NCBI GenBank assembly: GCA_963755915.1
Contig: CAVWLP010000002.1
Span: 1-64,000 of the forward strand
DNA from: an uncultured Phycisphaerales bacterium
GTDB lineage: Bacteria; Planctomycetota; Phycisphaerae; Tepidisphaerales; Tepidisphaeraceae
Reading direction: 5' to 3'
Length of the DNA: 64,000 nucleotides
Position numbers and translations under genes: made by a program. Positions 21,321 to 30,989 of the stretch are shown here, piece by piece (the stretch's first letter is position 1; every line of letters begins with the position of its first letter). Under the pieces are notes generated by a model. That model ran no database searches. It had not been told where the DNA came from and was given only the letters and a program-made list of their open reading frames with translations.

Positions 21321-22710
21321 GAGCTATAACCGAAAGTCGTGGATGGTTGGCGGCTGAATAAAAGCGGCGTACCTTCGGTGGATCGTGACTCAACGGTTCA
21401 CCAGCGTCCCACGCGGGACAGAAAGGATACGCCTCATGGACAGTAACTCATTTCAGATGCACCTGGCAACGGTGCCGGTCATCGATGACATTCTTCGCGA
21501 CGGCGCCCGCCGGGCGTTGCAGTCGGCCATCGAGCGGGAAGTCGACGAATATATCCAGCGTAACCGCCAACAGGTCGACGATAGCCGGCCATCGCCTGGT
21601 CGTCCGCAACGGCCATCATCCAGCCCGGAAGATTCAGTCGGGCAACGGCGCCGATCGAGGTGCATCAGCCGCGGGTGAACGACAAGCGGGTCGATGAGCA
21701 GGGCAACCGCATCCGCTTTACTTCCAAGATTCTTCCGCCGTATCTGCGCAAGACCAAGGCCATCGAGGAATTGGTGCCGTGGCTCTATCTGAAAGGGATT
21801 TCCACCAGCGATTTTCCCGAAGCGCTGGGTTGCCTGGGCCACGACGGCTCGGGCCTGTCGCCCACCACCATCGTTCGGATGAAAGAAGTCTGGCAAGGTG
21901 AATACGAGAACTTCTGCCGGCGGTCGCTGGAAGGCAAGCGATACGTTTACCTGTGGGCCGACGGCATTTACTTCAACATCCGCCTGACCGATGACCGGCC
22001 CTGCGTGCTGGTTTTAATGGGCGCTTTGGAAGATGGGACCAAGGAACTGATCGCCATGATCGACGGCCAGCGCGAAAGCGAGCAGAGCTGGCTGGAACTG
22101 CTGCTGGACGCCAAGAGTCGCGGGCTGACGCGAATCTCCGAAGCTGGCCACCGGCGACGGGGCGCTGGGATTCTGGAAGGCCCTCAAGCAGGTCTATCCC
22201 AGGAACCCGCACGCAGCGCTGCTGGGTTCACAAGACGGTGAACGTGCTGGACAAACTGCCACGCGGCCAGCAGGTGTCGGCCAAGAAGATGCTGCACGAG
22301 ATCTGGATGGCGGCGACGAAGGAACAGGCCATCAAGGCGCTGGGGAAGTTCGCGGCCACGTACCAGGCCAAGTTCCCCAAGGCGGTGCGAATGCCTGCTG
22401 AAGGACCAGGAGGAACTGCTGGCGTTCTACGACTTCCCCGCCGAACACTGGCAGCATCTGCGCACCAGCAACCCGATCGAAAGCACGTTCGCCACGGTGC
22501 GGTTGCGAACCTACAAAACCAAAGGCGCCGGCTCGCGAACCGCCTGCCTGGCGATGGCCTTCAAACTCGTGGAGTCAGCTCAGAACCATTGGCGAAAACT
22601 CAACGGCAGCGCGTTGCTGCCGGAGGTCATTGCAGGAGTGATCTTCAAAGATGGAACGAAACTCGCCGCTTGAAGCTGTCGCGGCCATCCACTACTTTTG
22701 GGAATATCTC
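21321..22710 (+). mobile_element. IS256-family insertion sequence (1390 bp)
   Basis: IRs GAGCTATAACCGAAAGTCGTGGATGG / GAGATATTCCCAAAAGTAGTGGATGG; 9-bp TSD CCGCGAACA at 21312-21320 and 22711-22719. Confidence 0.95.
21436..22673 (+). CDS. IS256 transposase (frameshifted)
   Basis: VVRNGH, SKILPPYLRK, LYLKGIST, YLWADGIY, QRCWVHK and FPAEHW..LRTSNPIESTF motifs. Confidence 0.92.
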
Positions 22711-23202
22711 CCGCGAACATCCGCAGGTGCTGAACCGGACGTCATAGCGTAAAACGCTATGACTATGGCCACAATCATTGGAGAAACTACTTTTGCGACG
22801 CGATCCAAGGTAAAATTGCTCATAAGAGCTCCTAGGGTAAAATGTCTCTACGTAATTGGCTATTCTTCTGCGTGTTGCCGCCTTGACCGACGGTTGGAAT
22901 TTAATGTTGACGCCGCATCGGGATGCCATGCAAAAAGCGACGGCGATCAAATTTTAATGGAACAAAATGACGAACTTCAAAAAAAGAATCCCAAGATACC
23001 AACGTACGGCGGTCCAAACCCGTTAGTAAGGCCTGAGATTCATTCAGGAAACCTCCTTTCCAATTCGCATCATTGCCGTCAACTCAGCCTCGTAACCGAC
23101 TAAACCAAAGATGTGAGTTGAATCTATCTGTTCCGGAATCATCCATTTTTATACCATTCCTATTTCCTGCACCAGCAGACCTTAGCTGAAGCCTCCTAAA
23201 GA

Positions 23203-24294
23203 CTAGTTGGCAAGCGCTCGCTGGACTCGAAAAGCCGTACGAATACTTGCCTCAAAGGACGGGTGGACGTGACGGATATACTCCTTAAAAAACTTATTCG
23301 CCTCCGACCCTCGTCCAAGACAACATAGATCGTCGATAAGGAAACCCCAAACGCCACCTTCGTACATAAAATTGTCGTCCCCAACGCAAGTCATCAAAAG
23401 CGGAATCGCCTCGGTGTATCGAGCTTCCTGACTTAATTCCATGGCATAAATAAGAGCCCAAACCTTTGGTTTTTCTCCTGTCCTCTGCATTTGTGACGAC
23501 CGCAAGCTTTCTAGCAGGGCGTGCGAATCATCAGTGCGGCCCATAATGTATAAGAGCTCGCCCAGCCCCGGCTTGCAATCTCTGGCCGCCTTGACCACAT
23601 CGGGATCGTCCGGCGACGCCCATCGAATTAAATTGGTATATATGCTACAAAGTGAGACAGCATAGGGCGTACCCCCATGTTGTTGAATGCAATCCCATAC
23701 TACATCCTTGAGGTCTTGCTTGTCGTGCGCAATAGCGAGAAGGACCAAGCTGCGGCTGGCTGGCGTTGCGTTCGCGCTATTTAGCTCTTTATCCACACGG
23801 CTAGCGATTGCGTCGTAAAACAGAAGGCTAGTTACGTCGTCCTGCGACACAGAATGAAATGCGGGAGCAATTTTGATCAAAGAGAGGGACGAAAGACCAG
23901 AGTTCGAAAGAATTTCTGAGAGATCACCTTGCTCCTGCACGCTTACTGATCGGCCCATTGACCTATCACTTTTCCATCGTTCAAGCCAGCTCACCAGCTT
24001 CGGATCTGGACTATCGACTGCACGAGCGATTAAAACCGGATCCCGAAGATCAGCTTCGGATGCAGGTGGAATTTCCACCCGCTCAACTATTTGCGCCCTA
24101 TGCCGGAATACGAATTCGCTAACTAAGATCGCCACCGCAATAGACGAAAACCCTAGTACAATGAAAGCTGTACCAACCCTACTAGAGGTGAAAAAGCGTT
24201 TAAAAGGCGATTTTCCCATCGCTACCGCCATCGCAAGGATTTGAATCTCGCTGCTTATGTAGTGGCAGCATGTCATGCTTTGAGAATTTGTCAA
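23203..24294 (-). CDS. Hypothetical membrane-anchored helical (TPR-like) protein
   Basis: 363-aa ORF with an N-terminal TM helix and C-terminal TPR-like helices (LGELLYIMGRTDDS, RYTEAIPLL). Confidence 0.6.
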   Translation of the reverse strand: MTNSQSMTCCHYISSEIQILAMAVAMGKSPFKRFFTSSRVGTAFIVLGFSSIAVAILVSEFVFRHRAQIVERVEIPPASEADLRDPVLIARAVDSPDPKLVSWLERWKSDRSMGRSVSVQEQGDLSEILSNSGLSSLSLIKIAPAFHSVSQDDVTSLLFYDAIASRVDKELNSANATPASRSLVLLAIAHDKQDLKDVVWDCIQQHGGTPYAVSLCSIYTNLIRWASPDDPDVVKAARDCKPGLGELLYIMGRTDDSHALLESLRSSQMQRTGEKPKVWALIYAMELSQEARYTEAIPLLMTCVGDDNFMYEGGVWGFLIDDLCCLGRGSEANKFFKEYIRHVHPSFEASIRTAFRVQRALAN

Positions 24295-24865
24295 CTGTAA
24301 TCTGCTAACGCAGAGCCGATTGCGGTGCGAGCAGACCCCTGGATTCCAGACCCGAGCGTCGCCGCGGTTTTCTGTATCCCCGCGATTTTACCGCGTTATA
24401 AGGGTGGCGAAGAATCTTCGCGGATTCTTACCCCACGCCTGAACCGTCGCGGGTAGTGATTGCGATCCGTGGCTTTCAGCGAGAATCGCCCGCGTCACCT
24501 TTGGGGCGGGGCGGGTGCTTTGCGGAACGGATTGCGTTGTGCTCGGGCTCACCACAATTGTCACTTTATCATCGCGGTTTCTGAGCCAAAATCCAGGCGG
24601 CTCGCTCGGGCCACACACAACGACTGTCCCGGTCAACAACGCAACCGGCTCGATAACGCAGCTTCCCCCACCAAAACCGATTTTTCAGTTGCAGAATCGA
24701 GTTACCACGCGAATAAGCAATTGTTTGTGAATCCGTTGCCGCCGCTGCCGCCTCTTATGCGGCGACATGAAAATGCGCCAAAATACTGCTCGCGCCGACA
24801 AGATCGCGAATTGCCGGATGGACGGCACATTTTGTGGGTGGCGGGCGTAGCATGCCCCCGCTATG

Positions 24866-24901
24866 AAAATCGGCCTTGGCGTTAGCGCCAAGGCCGATTT
24901 T
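24866..24901 (+). terminator. Rho-independent terminator (probably the original tRNA-Met terminator)
   Basis: Perfect hairpin AAAATCGGCCTTGGCG-TTAG-CGCCAAGGCCGATTTT directly after the att repeat. Confidence 0.8.
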
Positions 24902-24929
24902 ATTGGACCGACTCGTTACGAACCTCCGA

Positions 24930-25095
24930 CTTTTGACCACACTGACACAGTTGCAGCAGCAGGAAGACCGCCTGCTCAACCTCCGTCTACTGGAGGAAAC
25001 CAGTACCGACACGTTTGCGAAGAAGAGCACCGAACTGCGTGACCGGATTGCCGACGTAGCGCTCAAAATGGATGCGACGAACCGCGACCGGTTGA
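24930..25095 (+). pseudogene. Fragment of a serine recombinase coiled-coil region
   Basis: QQEDRLLNLRLLEETSTDTFAKKSTELRDRIA resembles C-terminal regions of planctomycete recombinases (recognised from memory, not searched). Confidence 0.5.
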
Positions 25096-25257
25096 TTTGT
25101 ACTGGCGGATTCTCTCGGTAAAATGATGACTGCCATCCACGGCTAACTGCGCTGGCGGTGTCGCAGCCCAGTCGATATTTTTGATTTCCCATTCGGACTT
25201 TTGTCGGAGACCGTTTGGATCCCAAAAAGACTCTCCGATAGAGAAGGAAACAACACC

Positions 25258-26864
25258 ATGCGTAGAACATCTGATTTCATGATGGCAGCATTGCTCGCTG
25301 CGCTCATGCTGAACCAGCCCATTGCTCAAGCCCAGGATAAGCCCGCCGCGCCGCCACGCAATCCGTTCATGGCGCAGTCCAACAACTGCATTGCGCACGG
25401 CAACTCGGCGCAGACCGATTCGACCGTCGATCCCGGTCCGGTCGGGCCGACGCGCACGCTGGGCGCCGACGAGGTGCGTTACCACGATCTCGGGATGTTC
25501 AATCTGCCGTACCTGATCTCCGGCCCTTACCCGGACGGCAAGCGCGTCGTCTGGACCAACGGCACGCAGTTCCTGGCCAAGATGGACTATGACAGCTACG
25601 ACGTCATCGCCCAGCTGCGCCTGCCCGGCGACGATCACGCCGACACGCTCACGCACGAGAACTTCATCAAGGCGCTCGATGCCGACGTGCCTTTCAAAGA
25701 GAAGTTCGAGACGGCGAAGAAGTCCGGCGACCCTGCGCTCTACGGCATCTACACGCTGATCGACAAGGACAACCAGTACGTCGTCGCGGGCAAGGGATTC
25801 GTCCGCGTATATGGCGACGCTGTCGAGGGAGACCGCAACTCGGGCATCGTCGTCAAAGCGAATTGGGATCAGCCCAAAGAGATTGGCGGCACGTTCATCG
25901 GCATGAACATGACGTTCGACGGCCGAATCATTCTGGCGACGACCGACGGGCACATCATCGCGTTGTCGCGCGATTTCAAGGACGTGAAGACCGTGCGGCT
26001 GCCCAACGCCGAAGCGGAGTTGGCGGTGCAGCCCAAGGGCGTGGACTGGATCCGCAACAGCTTCTGCATCGACGAGAAGGGCGGCATCTACGTCCCGTCG
26101 CAGAATCACTTGCACAAGGTGATCTGGACGGGCGAGAAGCTCTCCGTCGACGAGAAGGACGGCGCGTGGACGGAGCCCTATCGCAACTCGCTGGGGCGCG
26201 GCTCCGGCGCCACGCCGACGCTGGTCGGGTTCGGCGACGAGCCGGACAAGCTCGTCGTTCTCACCGATGGCGACACGCTCATGAACGTGACCGCCTATTG
26301 GCGCGATGAGATTCCGGCCGGCTGGAAGCAACTCGACGGCGCGCCGTCGCGCCGGATCGCCGGTCTGCAACCCGCCACCTTCGGCGATCCAAACCGCAAG
26401 GCTGCGCAGTCCGAGCAGTCGATGGTCTGTTCCGGCTACGGCATGTTCGTGGTCAACAATGAGCCGCGCAACGTGCCGCAGGAAATCCTCGACGACCCGC
26501 GCGCAAGATCGTGTTCCTCGGCTATCTCAGTTACCTGAAAGACTACCAGCCGTTCGGCGGTGAGAAGTTCGAGTGGGATCCGAAGACCAAGACGCTCAAG
26601 TCGGCCTGGACCAACACCGAGATCAGCTCGCCGAACTGCGTCCCGTTCGTCTCGACCGGATCGAACATGGTGTACGTTTCGGGTGCTCGCGACAACCAGT
26701 GGACGCTGGAAGGGATCGACTGGACGACGGGCAAGAGTACGTTTCATTACATTCTGGGCGGGGCGCGATTCAACAGCTTCTATTCGCAGCCCGTGATCGA
26801 CATGGACGGGCGGGTCATGGTCAGCGGCCTCTACGGGGCGATGCGGATTCAGCCCAAGAAGTAA
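25258..26864 (+). CDS. Exported hypothetical protein, probable beta-propeller (frameshift near 26510)
   Basis: Signal peptide ending AQA; strong GC3 codon bias; ORFs 25201..26538 and 26511..26864 overlap. Confidence 0.8.
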
Positions 26865-27149
26865 GGCTCAGCCGGCCGGATTAGACCGAAGTATCGAGCC
26901 TGAAGTGCTGATCAAATAAATTTGAGCGTCATCTGCGCATCGGGTGAAGCCTCAGGACGTGTACGTCCCGAAAAGCGATTCGATGATGGCACGAAAGCCG
27001 CCCGGCCTTGAGTTGGGACCGAAAGTCTTCACTTCTCTCCTAAACAGTTCGCGGAATCGTTTTTGGAGTGCCCGCTATCTTGGAACTCTAAGGTGAAGTT
27101 CAAAATCCCGCCAACACTCGCCCAAATGGGCAAGATGGGCGGGATGCGA

Positions 27150-27171
27150 GTCGGGGCGACAGGATGTGAAC
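27150..27171 (-). pseudogene. tRNA-Pro-like 3' fragment (att remnant)
   Basis: Reverse complement GTTCACATCCTGTCGCCCCGAC resembles the tRNA-Pro T-loop and acceptor 3' strand. Confidence 0.55.
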
Positions 27172-27469
27172 TTCTCAATCAGGCCGCATGGCGAAAGGAA
27201 GCCCAAAACGCCACTTTTACGACACGACGAGTAACGTAACGGCCCCCCGCTACTTCCCTTACTCAGGCAGAGCCAACAACTTATGTGGCTCTGCCTGATT
27301 TTATTTTAGGGGCGATTTCAATCGCTTCCCCTAAACTTCCCCTGGCCGGACAGAAGGGAGCCGATCCGGCGGTGCCGATTGCCAACTCGCCGAAGGTAGC
27401 TAAGGTATATGGCCGTTGCGTGAAAGGGAAATTGGTGCCGTCGATCGAGTCAGAAATCTCCGCGCCGCC

Positions 27470-27670
27470 GGCTCACCTCGAGGTGGTCGGACCGAACGGC
27501 GAATCAACACGAGCATTGTCGGGTTCGCCGACGATCGTCGGGCGCGTGGCCGAGTGTGCCATCCAACTCGATCATCCCATGTTGTCGTGGTAGCACGCCC
27601 GCCTTGAACGAAGAGACGGCCACTGGCGAATCGTCGATCTCAACAGCCATAACGGAACGCGGTTACCCTT
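27470..27670 (+). pseudogene. FHA-domain fragment with internal stop
   Basis: TIVGRVAECAIQLDHPMLSW*HARLERRDGHWRIVDLNSHNGT shows the GR, S..HA and DL.S.NGT motifs. Confidence 0.75.
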
Positions 27671-28035
27671 ACCGCGTCGGCTTGGGTTACGGCCAGTGGT
27701 TCCATCGGCTCAAAATCGAATCTCTGCGGGTTGATGGGTAGGATGCGACCGGCGAAGCCACCAGTCTGGAACATCGCGCTGCGAACCTCTTCGTTGTACG
27801 GATCAACTTGACTAAAACCCAGCCAAGTGAAACAAGTGTCGCCCAATACCCGCGTCCCGCCGGTGGCCGTTTGCATCAGTATGTCATCTCTGTCCAAGAG
27901 GCGGCAGAGTATTTGCCGATTTCGCGTCGTCTGTTCTTTGGGTAGCAGCGTCAACAACATCGCCCGCAACTCATCCACCAAAACCAGATGGTCGCTGAAA
28001 TCCATCTGCTGTGCCGCCATCAGTTGGCGTGCCAT
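27640..28035 (-). CDS. Hypothetical protein
   Basis: Protein-like composition only. Confidence 0.35.
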   Translation of the reverse strand: MARQLMAAQQMDFSDHLVLVDELRAMLLTLLPKEQTTRNRQILCRLLDRDDILMQTATGGTRVLGDTCFTWLGFSQVDPYNEEVRSAMFQTGGFAGRILPINPQRFDFEPMEPLAVTQADAVRVTAFRYGC

Positions 28036-28249
28036 CACTTTGGTTTCTGCCGGTGTCCGTTTTTTATCTGGTGGGATGTGTGAGCAGAACTGGTCCAGAA
28101 AGCTAAAGCGGCTTGACCTGTCGATGGAAGCAATAATGCTGGAATCGGATTTTATGTCTCTTTTTACTGATGCCGAACGAGCAGCTGCCGAATGGCGTCT
28201 GAGAGAAGTCGGAGCAGCGTAATGTGTTGGCAACACCCATTTGCGGCCC

Positions 28250-28636
28250 TTATAAGGGCTCTTCAGCCTCAATCCGCTGAAGGGCATATTCGAGGGGCCA
28301 GATCGCGCAGGGGCGGCCACGGAGTTCCGGCTTGTCGAGTGTCACCGCGTCCGCGATACCGCGCACCATGCGCAGCCAATTGGCCATCATTCCGGCGTCC
28401 TTCACGGCGAAAATCACAAAATCCGTCATACCTCCTGATGCCTTCTTGAATCGGGCAGCCAGGTCCCCGTCGGTGAAAAGCGGGATCATCGACCCACCGG
28501 ATGTATCGTCGATGACGAGGAGCCTGATCGGCGCCGTGAGGCTGATTGGCTTTCCGGCCGCGTCGCGCACAATGGAGTCCTTTTGGACAAGAGCCCAACA
28601 GGGATATACCAACACAAAGGTTCCCAGTTCGTGCAT
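28250..28636 (-). CDS. Hypothetical protein
   Basis: GGAGG before ATG 28636; IPLFTD motif reminiscent of SseB-like domains. Confidence 0.5.
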   Translation of the reverse strand: MHELGTFVLVYPCWALVQKDSIVRDAAGKPISLTAPIRLLVIDDTSGGSMIPLFTDGDLAARFKKASGGMTDFVIFAVKDAGMMANWLRMVRGIADAVTLDKPELRGRPCAIWPLEYALQRIEAEEPL

Positions 28637-28923
28637 CGTCGTGCCTCCGGTCTGTTCGCCGATTATCGACCACAGCTCTATTCCACTCAAGCATTCCATA
28701 CCTCCCTCTGACTTAGGCTCTCGAGCGTGTAAGGAGCACTTTGACGCCGCCGACGGCGAATCCGAGAGGCCGGAAGCATCGCGTTTCTTGGTAAGAATTT
28801 GGTAAGAATATTGGCAATGTTGACCCAACGCCGATACAATACCAACTAGTGCGATTTTTGAAGAAATCGCTGGAAAAACAATGGTTTCCAACGCCACTGC
28901 AATGCGAAACCAATATCGGAAAT

Positions 28924-28950
28924 CCAGGTTCGAATCCTAGTTCCGCTCCA
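28924..28950 (+). pseudogene. tRNA 3' fragment (Gln-like; att remnant)
   Basis: CCAGGTTCGAATCCTAGTTCCGCTCCA is a T-arm plus 3' strand ending CCA, with no 5' half. Confidence 0.55.
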
Positions 28951-29872
28951 ACTTTCCACGCGCCATCGTCTAAAGGTTCCGAATCGGAGCCGGTATTCGT
29001 TCATCGCCGTCCAGGGCCCTCCAAAGCCGCGTATAGTGGGCCATCAAATTGGATCTGGCGGCAGTATAATCATGTTTGAGGCTTTCCCCACAAGCTCGTG
29101 TTTATTGAGTGCAATTACTAAATTCACATTGGAAATGCGTCATAATAAGCGAGCTGGAAAATCACTATTGACGGCGACATTTTCGCTGACAGTTGGCTAG
29201 CCTGGAAATTGCGTTACACTTGGCTTCATGCTGATCCAGCCCGAATAAAGGACAACCGCAGGTGCCGAATCCGCCGTGCGGGCGGACCTGGGCCCGGGCG
29301 GACGTTCGATATAAGGATAAGGCCTCCGTACGATTGATTGTATCTACTAAATATACACCGAAAACGTGTCATAATATTTGACCGCGGATATAGCCTTCAG
29401 CGGACGAGTCGTCCGACCATCCAAACCCCATTTTCTGTTCCCCACACAGTATCCGCGCGTTGATTTCACTTTACACCCGGCCCGATAGGGCGGGGAAGGA
29501 GACTTTATGTTGCTTTGTTCTGATTCCTGCACGCGCCAAGCCGGAGATGATCCCAGCAGTGTCGCCGGCTACGCCTATCGGTTCGAATCTCGGCCGGTCA
29601 ATCGCCTACTCGGTCGCGGTGGCCGAATGGCCGATACTCCTGATCCGTGCCGTTATGCGGCCTTGTTCCGTCGTCTAAGGAGCGAATACGGCGGCCAGTT
29701 GCGCTATGGCTTCATGCTGCCGATCAATCTTTTGCTCAGTGGAGTCGTCGCGCACCCGATCTATCACGAACGGCGCATGCCGCAGATGGCGCCATTGGCG
29801 CTGTTTGTCCGTCAAGGCCGGTTTTGGAGTGTTCGCGCAGTGATTTGGGTGATGTCCGCGGGCGATCCGGCG

Positions 29873-30500
29873 ATGGCGGATACAGGCAAATTCACACGGA
29901 CTCTGGTGGTTCTACTGATTGGATCGGGCTTGGGCTGGACCGGAGCCCTGGCATACCGACCGCCGATCCCAGCTGACGGCATTCATACCGGACCTTCTAT
30001 CGAACGCATGTCGGCGCTGTCGCAGCTGCTGACCCTTCGGATTGACGTCGCCGATGTACTGGTCAGCCGGATCGACGGAATGACGGGCGGTGTGCAATTG
30101 GCCATGCTGGTCAAGGGCGATGTGGCTTTGGGGATTGATCTGTCGCAGGCGCGATTCGACAAGATCGACAACGCCCATTGCACTGCACTCCTGATCCTAC
30201 CCCCGCCCCAGGCTTCCTGCGCGGGTCGACCACGACCGTTCCAGGTTGTTCGAACTGACATCTGACGGGCTCTGGGCGATCACGCCCGGATCACGCGATT
30301 ACCTCGCGGTCGTCGATAAGGCCATGGCCGAGGCGCAGGATCTGGTTGCATCGGCAGCTCGCAACAACGACGCCGATCAGCGCGCCCGACGGCATGCCGA
30401 GATATTGTTGAATACCTTCTTCCATTCGATCGGATGGGAAGTGAAGGTCCGCTGGGCCGATCGATCAGCAGGCGATCCGGTTGCAAAGACAACGGAATGA
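29873..30500 (+). CDS. DUF4230-like membrane-anchored protein (frameshift near 30225)
   Basis: TM helix, then VKGDVALGIDLSQA...LILPPP...ARRHAEILLNTFFHSIGWEVKV. Confidence 0.7.
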
Positions 30501-30596
30501 TTCCAGCAGCTTCGCCGTAAACTGGACCCATCGCCGGTGATCTTCATTCCTACCAATTTACAAATCGTACAGTTTTTCAATCGTGAGGAGATCATT

Positions 30597-30818
30597 ATGA
30601 CTAATTCCATCCCAGATTCTGATCGCTCTGGCCGAACGCCAAGGAAACGAGCGAGCGGTCGTTCGTCCGCTCCCTCCGCGCCGGAACCGCCGGAAATATT
30701 ACTCGCCAGAGAATTGGGCCGATTGATCGGAAAACACCTGGCTGAAAAATCGCAGGCCCCGTCATCTCATACACCCAATCAAACAGGTCAAGCCCAACCT
30801 CCGCAAGACAAAATTTGA
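30597..30818 (+). CDS. Small hypothetical protein
   Basis: GAGGAG upstream; amphipathic helix ILLARELGRLIGKHLA. Confidence 0.45.
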   Translation: MTNSIPDSDRSGRTPRKRASGRSSAPSAPEPPEILLARELGRLIGKHLAEKSQAPSSHTPNQTGQAQPPQDKI

Positions 30819-30989
30819 ATTCGTTGTTGCCCGGCGTCAACTCGATACCACCACCCTATCGGAGGCGGAATGAGGCGTTCTTCCCCTTAACGAAACCGCG
30901 TATGGGCAAGGGCAACGTCAAATCCGCCTATGTGTTACGCATGCCCGACCCTTGTCTTTGAGCGCATCGTCGTGTGGCACATATAATCA

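Larger units (their letters stand above)
21122..22823 (-). pseudogene. IS256-interrupted 100-aa Cys-rich precursor peptide with double-glycine site
   Basis: Joining 22823-22720 to 21320-21122 gives 303 nt in frame: MSNFTLDRVAKVVSPMIVAIVIAFYAMTSGSAPADVRGG-AGGNTGCTNSSGNCGTGCENMTVGACSNDKSGNGKTCQSEGAGSQSCPGCQTEAQGYSCQG*. AGGAG lies 5 nt before the ATG. Confidence 0.85.
6961..24865. mobile_element. Integrative mobilizable element (~17.9 kb) at the tRNA-Met 3' end
   Basis: Direct repeat CCCCCGCTATG at 6961-6971 and 24855-24865; right copy followed by a terminator; integrase and relaxase inside, no T4SS. Confidence 0.8.

Noticed and set aside
25063-26370. 435-aa minus-strand ORF and similar long antisense ORFs
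   Set aside because: Shadow frames of GC3-rich genes on the opposite strand.
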